NCBI GenBank assembly: GCA_046760505.1
Contig: JBHIEG010000019.1
Location: 1-37,148 of the forward strand
Source of the DNA: Candidatus Hydrothermarchaeota archaeon
GTDB taxonomy: Archaea; CAYFZR01
Direction of reading: 5' to 3'
DNA length: 37,148 nucleotides
Both the position numbers and the translations under genes were made by a program. Below are positions 1 through 9,551 of the stretch, one piece after another. The notes beneath the pieces were generated by a model, which saw only the letters and a program-made list of their open reading frames with translations, had not been told where the DNA came from and ran no database searches. How positions within the stretch are numbered: the first letter of the stretch is position 1; every line of letters begins with the position of its first letter.

Positions 1-51
1 TTTTAAGAGCGAGAAAGAGCAGAAAACGGTCTTACATCGTTAATAAAATAA

Positions 52-156
52 TTTTGGATAGATTTGCGGATGCAACGAGCCACGTTGCGTGGAGCGAGCC
101 ACGCTCCATCGAACTTTTCCTAAAAGTTCGTTGCGGATGGATGGGTAACGCTCCAT
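52..156. repeat. Cluster of three adjacent hairpins with short direct repeats (REP/MITE-like intergenic element)
   Basis: GCAACG-AGCCA-CGTTGC (72-88), TGGAGCG-AGCCA-CGCTCCA (90-108), CGAACTTTT-CCT-AAAAGTTCG (110-130). TTGCGGATG at 64 and 131; ACGCTCCAT at 101 and 148. Confidence 0.7.
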
Positions 157-193
157 GAAAACAAATAAATGTGAGCCCCCTACCAATGGTTCT

Positions 194-2242
194 ATGAAAA
201 GCATACTCATCATCACAGAGAAACCAAAGAGCAGTTTGAGGATTGCGAGTGCATTAGCTGATGAAAAGCCCATAAAAAGAATAGAAAAAAAGGTACCGTA
301 CTACGAATTTTACAGAAATGGAAATAAAATCTTTGTTTGTTCGGCAATTGGCCATCTCTTTACGCTAAAACAGTCTTCTTCAAAATGGGATTATCCTGTG
401 TTCGATGTGGAGTGGATACCAAGATATCAGGTAAATAAAAGGGACTCTTATGTAAAGAATTACGCTAACCTAATAAAAAAATTAGCCAAGAAGGCTGACG
501 AATACATTATAGCAACTGATTACGATATTGAGGGAGAACTCCTAGGATACAACATACTTCGGTTTTTGTGTGACGAAAAAAAATCATTGAGAATGCATTT
601 TTCCACTCTCACAAAGCCTGAACTAATTAAAGCATTCAATAACCTAGAAAATCTTAATTACAGACTTGCAGATGCTGGAGAATGTAGGCACATGTTAGAT
701 TGGTTTTACGGAATAAACATTTCCAGAGCACTATCATTATCTCTAAAAAGAAGTTCAAATCATTTTGCAATACTGAGTACAGGGAGAGTTCAAGGTCCAT
801 GTCTCAAAATATTGGCTGAAAGAGAGAAAGAAATAAAGAGATTTAAGCCTAAGCCCTTTTGGGTAATTTATCTTGTATTTTCTTCAAATGGCGATGAATT
901 CCTGGCAAAGCATGAAAAAAATATTTTTACTGAAAGAGAAGAAGCAGAAAAAGTATTAAAGGAATGTGTATCCAAAACTGCTCGCGTCACAGAAGTTTCA
1001 AAAAAGAGTTTCAAACAAAGCCCTCCGTATCCCTTTGATCTTACGTCTCTGCAGGGCGAGGCGTACTCAAAGTTAGGATTATCCCCAACCAAGACTTTAA
1101 GTACTGCTCAGTCCCTCTATGAATCTGGTCTAATATCTTATCCTAGAACTGCGTCTCAGAAACTTCCTCCCACCATAGATTATGGGCGTATCATCAAATC
1201 CATACACAAGAATCCTATGTTTAACGAATTTACAGCAAAACTTATTTCAAAAGAATTAAAACCAAATGAGGGTAAAAAAGAAGACCCTGCTCATCCCTCT
1301 ATTTACCCTACCGGTGAAATGCCCGTTGATTTAAGAAGAGACGAACTAAGATTATACAAGTTAATAGTACATAGATTCCTGAGTGTTTTTGGAGATCCAG
1401 CCATAAAGGAAAGTGTAAACATAGTACTGGAACTGGATGGTCATAAATTTTATCTAAAGGGCATCAATTTAATAGAAGAGGGTTGGTTAGCTCTTTATGG
1501 AGAATTTGCAAAGAAGGAAGAAGCAGTCTTGCCTGATTTAAACACTGGTGACGAGATACTAGTTAAAAAGGTAGAAATTCAAGAAAAAATGACAAAACCA
1601 CCTTCAAGGTACAATCCTGCAAGTATCATACGCGAATTGGAAAAAAGAGGGCTTGGAACAAAGGCAACAAGAGCAATGATATTGGATACACTTTTTAAAC
1701 GAGGTTACATCAGAGGCAGGCAAATTGAGGTAACTGAATTAGGCGAAGCGGTCGTTGAAGTCTTGCTGAAACACGTCCCTGAGATCGTTAGCGAAGAATT
1801 GACAAGAGAATTTGAAAAGAAAATGAATGCAATAGAGAGTGGTGGTCTAAGAAAAGAGGATGTAATCGACGAAGCCAAAGAAAAACTGACTTCAATACTG
1901 GAAAAGTATAAACAAAAAGAAACGAAAATCGGAGAAGAACTTGGAAGAGCAATAAACTCGTATTACGCGAAAAGGTACATCTTAGGAAAATGTCACAAAT
2001 GCAATGGAAACCTTAGGATAGTGAGATCAAGAAAAACAAAAAAGCGCTTTATCGGATGCTCAAATTATCCAGAATGCAATGAGAGTTATCCACTGCCTCA
2101 GAGGGGAAGATTAAGCACTGCCAACAAAAACTGTCCCCGGTGTAATCTTCCTATGATTAGGACTGGTGGGAGAAAAATTAAGGAGATTTGCCCAAATCCC
2201 TTTTGCGATTCAAATAAAGACTCTGTATCACAAAAATTTTAG
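194..2242 (+). CDS. topA: DNA topoisomerase I (type IA), archaeal, with C-terminal zinc ribbons
   Basis: TOPRIM motifs IITEKP, GHL, ATDYDIEGE; STGRVQGP; catalytic ISYPRT; GLGTKATRA; C-terminal CxxC pairs. ORF is open from 155, but ATG 194 (MKSILIITEKP) fits the family N-terminus. Confidence 0.96.
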   Translation: MKSILIITEKPKSSLRIASALADEKPIKRIEKKVPYYEFYRNGNKIFVCSAIGHLFTLKQSSSKWDYPVFDVEWIPRYQVNKRDSYVKNYANLIKKLAKKADEYIIATDYDIEGELLGYNILRFLCDEKKSLRMHFSTLTKPELIKAFNNLENLNYRLADAGECRHMLDWFYGINISRALSLSLKRSSNHFAILSTGRVQGPCLKILAEREKEIKRFKPKPFWVIYLVFSSNGDEFLAKHEKNIFTEREEAEKVLKECVSKTARVTEVSKKSFKQSPPYPFDLTSLQGEAYSKLGLSPTKTLSTAQSLYESGLISYPRTASQKLPPTIDYGRIIKSIHKNPMFNEFTAKLISKELKPNEGKKEDPAHPSIYPTGEMPVDLRRDELRLYKLIVHRFLSVFGDPAIKESVNIVLELDGHKFYLKGINLIEEGWLALYGEFAKKEEAVLPDLNTGDEILVKKVEIQEKMTKPPSRYNPASIIRELEKRGLGTKATRAMILDTLFKRGYIRGRQIEVTELGEAVVEVLLKHVPEIVSEELTREFEKKMNAIESGGLRKEDVIDEAKEKLTSILEKYKQKETKIGEELGRAINSYYAKRYILGKCHKCNGNLRIVRSRKTKKRFIGCSNYPECNESYPLPQRGRLSTANKNCPRCNLPMIRTGGRKIKEICPNPFCDSNKDSVSQKF

Positions 2243-2784
2243 TCCAGATTTTCCAAGAGATAAAGATTATCCCTTATGTTCTTCATTATTTTTACCTCAT
2301 CGCCAACGAAGACCGGTATCTTGCTTGCATTGCAGAATTTTGCCGCGTCCTCTTCTATCTCCTTTGAGAATATCCATCCTTTTCCGAGAACATCATAAAA
2401 TTTGCTCCACGTTGCCATTGCCTCTCTTAAGTTCAAATAGTCCACGTACTCCACGAGTATGTTTCTTGTTCTAGATTTTTGTTTTTCAATTTTAAGAAAG
2501 AAATTGTGCAGAACTCCTGACTTCCCCTGAACTCTTGGAAACATCTCCACGTTGTATCCTAAACGCCCAAAGAATTCCTCCCAGTCTCCTAGAATTCCAT
2601 TAAAATCATTTCTATCATTTTCAGGTACAACTGTATCTTCCCAGCCGTCTAATTCAGCAAATTTTAAGTTACTGGCTCCCACTTCATAGAGGGATCTTGG
2701 AATCTTTTCTACCTTATATGCCCCCTTGACCTTACTCTTCACATGGTATAATCCTTCTTTCTTATTCCATAACAAGTTTTTCAC
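2239..2784 (-). CDS. Hypothetical protein with degenerate restriction-endonuclease-like (PD-(D/E)xK) C-terminal domain
   Basis: FFGRLGYNVE...VQGKSGVLHNF resembles the archaeal Mrr-like G-x-S-G-x-x-H-x-F-D motif; ends with A-x-x-F-C...I-P-V as in Mrr-like domains. Confidence 0.5.
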   Translation of the reverse strand: MKNLLWNKKEGLYHVKSKVKGAYKVEKIPRSLYEVGASNLKFAELDGWEDTVVPENDRNDFNGILGDWEEFFGRLGYNVEMFPRVQGKSGVLHNFFLKIEKQKSRTRNILVEYVDYLNLREAMATWSKFYDVLGKGWIFSKEIEEDAAKFCNASKIPVFVGDEVKIMKNIRDNLYLLENLD

Positions 2785-3098
2785 CCAACAGAAAATAATG
2801 AGGGACTAATATTTAATTATTTCCCCTAATATTCATTTATTTATGACATACGTCTGACATTAGAAAGAAAATTGGAAAAGAGCCAAGAATTTTAATACAA
2901 TCCATATTCTATCCCATGCAAGCACTTACAAGATTTATGGAAATCCTTGAATAAGTAAAACAGGTCCAAACTAATATAACTCACTTTTAGAATAATCATT
3001 CTTTTTTATACAAAAAGCATTCATATAATGAATGAGAGGGATACAAAAATCTATATATCCTAAATTATAAAATAGTATAGTACTGTGGGTGTACAGAA

Positions 3099-3824
3099 AT
3101 GAAAAAGATTTCCTCGGGTATTTCAGGGTTCGATCAAATATTGGGTGGTGGATTGCCAAAAAACAGATCAATCTTGATAACCGGAAGTACTGGGACTGGA
3201 AAGAGTATATTCTCCACTCAATTCTTGTACAAGGGCGCTCTTCTAGGAGAGCCTGGAGTGCTTGTAACATTAGAGGAAAGACCTCGGACCATACGGGAAA
3301 ACATGTTACAGTTTGGATGGGACTTAAAGGAACTTGAAAAACAGAAATTATTTGCGATTATAGATGCCTCAGCCGCTAGAGTCGGAATTCCGACGGATGA
3401 GACCTATGTTGAGATGAGACCTTTTGAACTGGATGGATTGTTGGAGACAATAAAGAAGGTAATTTCTGAAATATACGCTGAAAGATTGGTTGTAGATTCC
3501 CTAAATGCCATAGCACTCCAATACGATACGGAATTTACAATGAGAAGAGAACTGCTTCGCTTCATATCAATTATTGAAGATTTCGGTTGTACTGCCCTGT
3601 TCACCACGGAAACTGAGCCCCAAACAAGGAGTCTATCAAAACATGGGATAGAGGAGTACATAGTCTCAGGGGTTGTTCAACTGCTTCTCCGTGAAAAAGG
3701 TGGCAAGTTAAGGAGAAGCCTTTTAATTCACAAAATGAGGGGAGTAGGACATAGCCTAAAGAGACATCCTTTTGAAATAACGAACGAGGGAATCGTGGTT
3801 TATCCCGAGGAAGAAGTTTACTGA
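3099..3824 (+). CDS. KaiC-like RecA-superfamily ATPase (single domain)
   Basis: SGISGFDQILGGGLP, Walker A GSTGTGKS, TLEE, Walker B LVVDS, KMRG, FEITNEGI. Confidence 0.93.
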   Translation: MKKISSGISGFDQILGGGLPKNRSILITGSTGTGKSIFSTQFLYKGALLGEPGVLVTLEERPRTIRENMLQFGWDLKELEKQKLFAIIDASAARVGIPTDETYVEMRPFELDGLLETIKKVISEIYAERLVVDSLNAIALQYDTEFTMRRELLRFISIIEDFGCTALFTTETEPQTRSLSKHGIEEYIVSGVVQLLLREKGGKLRRSLLIHKMRGVGHSLKRHPFEITNEGIVVYPEEEVY

Positions 3825-3836
3825 CTTTTGAGAACT

Positions 3837-4106
3837 ATGGTAAAGATAGAAGTTTTTACTTCTCCAACTTGCGTTTATTGCCCATATGCTTTAGACATCG
3901 TGACAAAAGTTGCATCGAAATTTAAGAATGTCTCAGTGGAAGAAGTCGACATTTCTGATCCGATTGGCAGGATAAGAGCCATCAGCTACGGTATCGACGT
4001 TACTCCAACAATAGTGGTAGATGGAATCGTTAGATTTGTGGGAGTACCTGATCCTACTGAATTGGCCCGTGTCTGTGAACAAGAGCTTAAGAAGAGAAAG
4101 AAATAA
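3837..4106 (+). CDS. Small thioredoxin/glutaredoxin-like protein
   Basis: IEVFTSPTCVYCP (CxxC), cis-Pro motif VTPTIVVDG, RFVGVP. ATG 3837 preferred over TTG 3828. Confidence 0.9.
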   Translation: MVKIEVFTSPTCVYCPYALDIVTKVASKFKNVSVEEVDISDPIGRIRAISYGIDVTPTIVVDGIVRFVGVPDPTELARVCEQELKKRKK

Positions 4107-4154
4107 TCGAAAGATATTTATTCGAATCTTATTAAATCTCTTATGTGATCTTTA

Positions 4155-5471
4155 ATGAGATGGTTATTCCTGTTGATTTTGTTAATTGGCTTTGCCTATG
4201 CTAAGCCAGAAATTGTGGTGAAAAAGCATATTTCTGACGATTCTATTAAAGTAAATGGGTCTACTCAAGTTACAGTAAGAATTTCAAACGAAGGAGACGA
4301 TACCGCTTTAGATATAAATGTTAATGACCCAATACCTGATGATTTTGAGCTGAACGGTGAAAGGGCTTGGCCTGACAAATTAGAGGCAGGCAAAACAGTG
4401 GAGATCGTTTACTTCTTGAAGGCCTTAGCCGAAGGTTCTTATCATGTGAGTCCAACTAGCATTAAATACGAGGATTCCAGAGGCAATGAATACACCTCAG
4501 TATCAGAACCCTCCGACATAAGAGTCTGGAGCAGAGATACGGTTTTCACCATAATGAAGAAGGTTGATAAAAAGGAGGTGCCAAAGGGAGAGAAATTAAC
4601 CGTTATTATAGAACTTGAGAACCTAGGAAATAGGAGAATAGAGAATATCAACGTAGAGGACACCGTGCCAGAGGAATTTGAGATCTTGGAAACAGATTTA
4701 GGTGCCATTAAAATAAATTTTATCGGGAGAAAAGGCACTGCCAGAGCGGATTTTGATCCTTTAAACTACAAAGAGATTCGATATACTTTAATGGCTAAAT
4801 CAGAAGGCTCTATAACGCTTGAACCTGCCGTAGTAAGGTATGAATATGCTGGGGAAACTATTGAAGAAGAGTCAAATAAGGTTACAGTGACGGTAGGTCC
4901 TTATAAACCCCCGGAAGAGGAAAAACCTGAAGAAAAACCCAAGAAAAACATCACCAAACCAATAAAAAAAGAAGCAAACATAATTGTAATGAAACAGGTG
5001 GAAAAAAACATAATTGAAAAGGGCAATAGCGTTAGGGTGACGATAAAGATAAGAAATGATGGCACTGGAGAAGCGAAAGGATTAAGAGTACTGGACACTG
5101 TTCCAGAGGGATTCAGTCTGATATCAGGATCTACAACAAAGACATATTCCTCGCTAATGCCAGGGTCTGAAGTGGAGTTTAGCTACCTCGTTGAATGTGA
5201 CAAACCCATGAACTACACCCTCCCAACTGCTCAAGTGGTCTTCAACGATGAATTAGGGACTCATAGCGTAAAATCAAATGAATTAGAAATATCGGTGATC
5301 GAAACAGGAATAAAACTCCCAGAAATACCATGGAAGAGGATTGGGATCGGTGTAGTGGTTGTGGCCCTAGCACTGGGCATTGTTTTAGGAATAACAAGAA
5401 TGTCGACTCAGAAGAGGCCAAAATACGGATATAGGAAGACTAGAAGACCGCCAGGCCTAGGGAGAAGGTGA
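4155..5471 (+). CDS. Membrane-anchored cell-surface protein with three DUF11/BatD-like Ig-type repeats
   Basis: Signal peptide (AYA), three repeats of K...V-T-V/I-x-I-x-N-x-G...V-x-D-x-V/I-P-x-x-F, a Pro/Glu/Lys linker, C-terminal TM helix and basic tail. Confidence 0.82.
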   Translation: MRWLFLLILLIGFAYAKPEIVVKKHISDDSIKVNGSTQVTVRISNEGDDTALDINVNDPIPDDFELNGERAWPDKLEAGKTVEIVYFLKALAEGSYHVSPTSIKYEDSRGNEYTSVSEPSDIRVWSRDTVFTIMKKVDKKEVPKGEKLTVIIELENLGNRRIENINVEDTVPEEFEILETDLGAIKINFIGRKGTARADFDPLNYKEIRYTLMAKSEGSITLEPAVVRYEYAGETIEEESNKVTVTVGPYKPPEEEKPEEKPKKNITKPIKKEANIIVMKQVEKNIIEKGNSVRVTIKIRNDGTGEAKGLRVLDTVPEGFSLISGSTTKTYSSLMPGSEVEFSYLVECDKPMNYTLPTAQVVFNDELGTHSVKSNELEISVIETGIKLPEIPWKRIGIGVVVVALALGIVLGITRMSTQKRPKYGYRKTRRPPGLGRR

Positions 5472-6536
5472 TATATAGGATTTTAAATAAGAAAACAAGT
5501 CTTTGAACAGGAAAATTATTTTATTTAACAACCTTTTTCTTCTCATTACTACGCTGCTTGTCTTTTCTTCCGCTTCTTTCCTGGCTGATTCTGCCAAATC
5601 GTACGCAGTATCTGCTATAGCCTTCGCGCTATCGTACTCTCCATTCATGTAGGCATCATATGCCTGGGTGTGCCTCTCTTCTGCCATAGAGAGTTGTTTT
5701 TCTGCTAGGGAAACATCAATTTTTCTTTGCTTTGCCTCGCTTATAGCGCCTCTAGCCTCAAATATCTTGTTTTTTGCCCTTTCCAATGCATTGCTTGCAT
5801 CAGCTATTTTTGCCCTTAATTGTTCTTTTTCCTTTCCAACTTCTATTTGCTCATATTTAACGTATATTCTATCTAGGCGGGGAGAACTGTATCTGAAGTA
5901 AGGTGGATTTAGTTGAATTGTTTCCGGTTTATCGTAGATGTCCTTAGGGATAACGTCCGGAGGCAGTACGAGGTCAAATTGTTTAATTTCAGGCATATCT
6001 TCTCCATTGTACTTCACGTAGCCTGGCAGGTATATGTGGCGGGAAAATGTTTCGTAGATCTTTGATGTATCGAAGTATGCAGTATTTTCTACCTTTTTAA
6101 CTGCGTTTAACAGTGTGTACTCCCAGTATAGTCTTTTATTTTTATCATCGAATACTAACAATGGTTTTTTTATTTCTAAAATTTTTTTGAGCTCTTGATA
6201 TCCTATGCTTTCAGTGTAAGGACCTCTGTTAAGATTGTTGTAGTCTTCTGCGCTTAAGAATGAGCTCACTCTGACCTCAGCCGCTCCGGTTTCGGATAGG
6301 TGAACGCTCACTATGATGGTATAATCTCCCTTAACATCCGAATTTCCACCGTATGGTGAATACGCAATCGAACAACCTATCAAAAATAATATAGTGATGA
6401 ATTGACAAAACCTATGAGTTAGGCGTGAGATGATAATGGAGAATGAGATGGAAGAATATGAAAAATCCCTCAAGTATTTTTTTACTGGATTTTTTTCTTT
6501 CTTCCTAGTTTTTGGCCTAATAACCACGAAGACCAC
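5457..6536 (-). CDS. Hypothetical secreted/surface protein with C-terminal helical coiled-coil; true start uncertain (probably about 6380-6420)
   Basis: Long ORF; hydrophobic signal-like FITILFLIGCSIA; Ala-rich helical segment (AEKQLSMAEE...NGEYDSAKAIA). The first ~35 codons overlap the divergent gene and are probably not translated. Confidence 0.7.
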   Translation of the reverse strand: MVFVVIRPKTRKKEKNPVKKYLRDFSYSSISFSIIISRLTHRFCQFITILFLIGCSIAYSPYGGNSDVKGDYTIIVSVHLSETGAAEVRVSSFLSAEDYNNLNRGPYTESIGYQELKKILEIKKPLLVFDDKNKRLYWEYTLLNAVKKVENTAYFDTSKIYETFSRHIYLPGYVKYNGEDMPEIKQFDLVLPPDVIPKDIYDKPETIQLNPPYFRYSSPRLDRIYVKYEQIEVGKEKEQLRAKIADASNALERAKNKIFEARGAISEAKQRKIDVSLAEKQLSMAEERHTQAYDAYMNGEYDSAKAIADTAYDLAESARKEAEEKTSSVVMRRKRLLNKIIFLFKDLFSYLKSYISPSP

Positions 6537-7149
6537 CCTTTTATACAGTCTCTTATATGGTTACGTGGAGAGCAGGATTGTGGAACCTATATCTAGTATT
6601 GGAGAAGATGTCCTCTCTCTTTTTCTTTATATATCACTAAACAATGTTTTCGTAGTATTTATGCTTATTGTAGGTTCGATTTCCTTTCTATCTCTTGAGT
6701 TTTGGCTCATGAAATTCGAGACTTTTAGAAAGTATGGAAGAGGATCTTTGAGGGTAAGAGAAGAAATTCTTTTAATGGCGAGAAGAATCTCCCCAGATAT
6801 AAAAGATTACAAAGATGTTATCCTTTACGTTACACCAGCGACAATTCTCTTCCTGAATGGAGGTATTTTGGGAGGTTTGTTCGGATGTGTCCTTGTTCAG
6901 GAAGGCATCTCTGAGTTGATAAGATCATTTTTAACATTGTTTCCTCACGGTCTTATTGAGATACCTGCGATAATTATCGCTGGAGGCAGGGGGTTCATCA
7001 ATGCAAAGAACTTCAGCTCATATGATAAACCGGAACATTTTTTACATCGCGCAAAAATTTATTATAGAAAAAGTTTCTGGAAAGATTCATTTCCCATAGT
7101 ATGTTTGATATTGATTGGAAGTGCATTAGAAGCAATTAAGGCTAGCTAA
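6430..7149 (+). CDS. SpoIIM-like (DUF95) integral membrane protein
   Basis: ISLNN, FLNGGILG, FPHGLIEIPAIIIAG family motifs; multiple TM helices. Confidence 0.85.
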   Translation: MIMENEMEEYEKSLKYFFTGFFSFFLVFGLITTKTTLLYSLLYGYVESRIVEPISSIGEDVLSLFLYISLNNVFVVFMLIVGSISFLSLEFWLMKFETFRKYGRGSLRVREEILLMARRISPDIKDYKDVILYVTPATILFLNGGILGGLFGCVLVQEGISELIRSFLTLFPHGLIEIPAIIIAGGRGFINAKNFSSYDKPEHFLHRAKIYYRKSFWKDSFPIVCLILIGSALEAIKAS

Positions 7150-7152
7150 ACG

Positions 7153-7746
7153 GTGATTATCATGAAAGTGGATCTCCATGTTCATACGACAAAAGGCTCG
7201 CCCTGTTCAAAGTTAACGCCAAAAGAACTTGTCCTAAGAGCCAGAGAACTTGGACTGGATGGAGTGTGTATAACTGAGCATGGTAACTTTAATGGAAAGA
7301 AGATAAGAAGTTCTGACCAAGATTTGATCATATTGTACGGTGTGGAGATAAGAAGTAACCAAGGAGACTTCTTAGTCTATGGATTAGAGGATAGCATACC
7401 CTTTGGAGATGCCCAAACAGTTATAGATGAATGCAAAGGCATGGGATGTGCTATATTCGTGGCCCATCCTTACAGGTTCTCGGTACCCAGCCTTGGAGAT
7501 CTCATATACGAACTAAAGGACTACGACGGAATAGAAGTTCTAAATGGGAATGCAACTAAAGATCAAAATTTTTCCGCTAAAAAAGCACAAAAAGACCTGA
7601 AATGTAAGGGTATAGGCGGAAGCGATGCTCATGACAAAAAAAAGATCGCTAAATACGTTACTGTTTTTGAAAACGAAATAAAAAACGAGGATGACCTAGT
7701 AACCGAGTTGATTAAAGGAAAATATTATCCAAAGCCATTTTTTTAA
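7153..7746 (+). CDS. PHP-domain metal-dependent phosphoesterase
   Basis: DLHVHT, ITEH, GVEI, AHPYR, IEVLNG, GGSDAH. Confidence 0.92.
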   Translation: MIIMKVDLHVHTTKGSPCSKLTPKELVLRARELGLDGVCITEHGNFNGKKIRSSDQDLIILYGVEIRSNQGDFLVYGLEDSIPFGDAQTVIDECKGMGCAIFVAHPYRFSVPSLGDLIYELKDYDGIEVLNGNATKDQNFSAKKAQKDLKCKGIGGSDAHDKKKIAKYVTVFENEIKNEDDLVTELIKGKYYPKPFF

Positions 7747-8594
7747 TGAATCCCTTCAATAATATTTTTAAGGAAGTAATAACCTTTCTTTGCCCTTAAT
7801 CCACCATTTACGTGTCCATTCAAGATTTCGGGTATTACAGAGATGTTCCTCTCTAAATCTTTAATTTTTGAGAAAAATTCCTCAAAATTCACCTCTCCTG
7901 TATTTGGCATGAGTCCTTCATTGCTTAAGCCTCTTGCATCCGATGCATGGATATGAACTATCCACTTTTTCAGTTCTTCAACGTAACTTATCAGATCTTT
8001 GTTCTCATAATTACAGTGCAATTTAGCATGCGATATATCAAAGGTAAGATAGAATTCATGGAGCTCGGTTATCACATTCATGTCCTCCGCATTTAAAATG
8101 AAATTCCCCTGCCAAAGTTCATTGTTCCACATCCTGTATAAATTTGGTAGATTCTCCAGTGTCATAATCACTTCATTCGTGCTAAAAAACGATATTGATT
8201 CTAAAAAATTTTTTATAAGGATTCGTTTATCAATTTTTTCATTATAAATCCCTCCAGGATGTATTACAATTAAAACATTGGATGAAAATAATTTTGACAA
8301 TCTTTCCCCGATTTTTATTGTCCTTTGAACTAAGAAGATACTTTTTTCCTTTATCCGTTCGTTTTCAGAGGAAAGATCAACTAAGACGCCTTTGTGGATG
8401 TACTCTGGTACATGAACCGCTAAAACATCTATGTTATAGTTAATGACTTTTTTTAAACGAGATAATTGTTTTTCAAAGAACTCGGTCAAGTCTTCTGAAT
8501 TCTGATGTAGTTCCACAACCTGAGGCTTTATTTTTAAGTATTCGTCTATATCTCCCGGTCTCCAATGAACCTTAAACCCGAGTAAGAACTCCAT
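7743..8594 (-). CDS. Sugar-phosphate isomerase/epimerase / AP-endonuclease-2 family TIM-barrel protein
   Basis: VHVP, VIHPG, LENL, FDISH, HIHASD, EGL-x-P-x-x-G-E-V-N-F. Confidence 0.85.
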   Translation of the reverse strand: MEFLLGFKVHWRPGDIDEYLKIKPQVVELHQNSEDLTEFFEKQLSRLKKVINYNIDVLAVHVPEYIHKGVLVDLSSENERIKEKSIFLVQRTIKIGERLSKLFSSNVLIVIHPGGIYNEKIDKRILIKNFLESISFFSTNEVIMTLENLPNLYRMWNNELWQGNFILNAEDMNVITELHEFYLTFDISHAKLHCNYENKDLISYVEELKKWIVHIHASDARGLSNEGLMPNTGEVNFEEFFSKIKDLERNISVIPEILNGHVNGGLRAKKGYYFLKNIIEGIH

Positions 8595-8644
8595 GCATAG
8601 TTGTTATAAAAAAGTTTATTTATCTTTTGAGCCTGAGTTAAAAC

Positions 8645-9547
8645 ATGAACAGAATTACAAAAATAATCATAGCAACAAGCGTTTTTATCCTAATAATCCT
8701 ATTATCCCTCAGCGCGATTATAGTATCTAAGCAAAATCCAATCTTCCAAGAATCTATTGTGATAATACCGATAGAAGGTACCATATCAACCTCCTCCTCA
8801 CAATCTTTATTCGCTTCAGTCGCAAGCGATGAAAAGATAGTAAAAGAGATAGAGAAAGCAAATAAAGATCGAAACATCAAGGCGATTATACTCTCCATAA
8901 ACAGCGGAGGAGGCTCAGCTGTGGCGAGTGCTGAAATAGAAAGAGCCATTAAAAGAAGTGAAAAGCCTACAGTTGCTTTAATAAGAGATGTTTGTGCTTC
9001 AGGTGCTTACTGGATTGCGTCCGCAAGCGATAAGATTGTTGCAGATCCTAACTCAATAGTCGGGAGTATTGGAGTAATCTACATTCATCCAGATTATTCA
9101 AGGCTTTTCAATGAAACGTTGAAGATGCGATATGAGATAGTGAAAGGAGGGGAATACAAAGATATGTCCTTACCTTTTAGATCTATGACTGAAGAAGAGA
9201 AAGAGATGTGGGAATCCATGGTACAGGGGATCTATGATAATTTCATTGAGACTGTTGCAAAAAATAGGAAAATGGATGAATCTGTAGTAAGAGAAATAGC
9301 CGAAGGCAAGTTGTACTCGGGTGAGCAAGCGAAAGAAATCGGATTGGTAGATGAACTAGGTGGAGAGAAAGAGGCTATAGAAATAGCCAAAAAGCTTGGT
9401 AATATCAAGGGAAAACCTTACATTAAGCGTGTGGGTAAGAGGACTCCCTTGGAGGTATTTTTAGGTGCATTCGCCTATTATCTAGGATTGGGAATTGGAG
9501 ACAGTATCCTCAATCACAATATCGATTTTAACCGCTTTATCGTTTGA
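8645..9547 (+). CDS. sppA: Signal peptide peptidase SppA (36K type, peptidase S49)
   Basis: N-terminal TM, INSGGGS, CASGAYWIASASD, GSIGV, GEYKD, GLVDELG. Confidence 0.94.
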   Translation: MNRITKIIIATSVFILIILLSLSAIIVSKQNPIFQESIVIIPIEGTISTSSSQSLFASVASDEKIVKEIEKANKDRNIKAIILSINSGGGSAVASAEIERAIKRSEKPTVALIRDVCASGAYWIASASDKIVADPNSIVGSIGVIYIHPDYSRLFNETLKMRYEIVKGGEYKDMSLPFRSMTEEEKEMWESMVQGIYDNFIETVAKNRKMDESVVREIAEGKLYSGEQAKEIGLVDELGGEKEAIEIAKKLGNIKGKPYIKRVGKRTPLEVFLGAFAYYLGLGIGDSILNHNIDFNRFIV

Positions 9548-9551
9548 TCTC

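Noticed and set aside
1-43. Possible 3' end of an upstream gene (FKSEKEQKTVLHR*)
   Set aside because: Too short to support or identify.
52-156. Mini-CRISPR or tRNA interpretation of the hairpin cluster
   Set aside because: No repeat-spacer periodicity, no cas genes, no cloverleaf or T-loop consensus.
155-193. N-terminal extension of TopA from ATG 155
   Set aside because: It overlaps the repeat element, and the family N-terminus begins at ATG 194.
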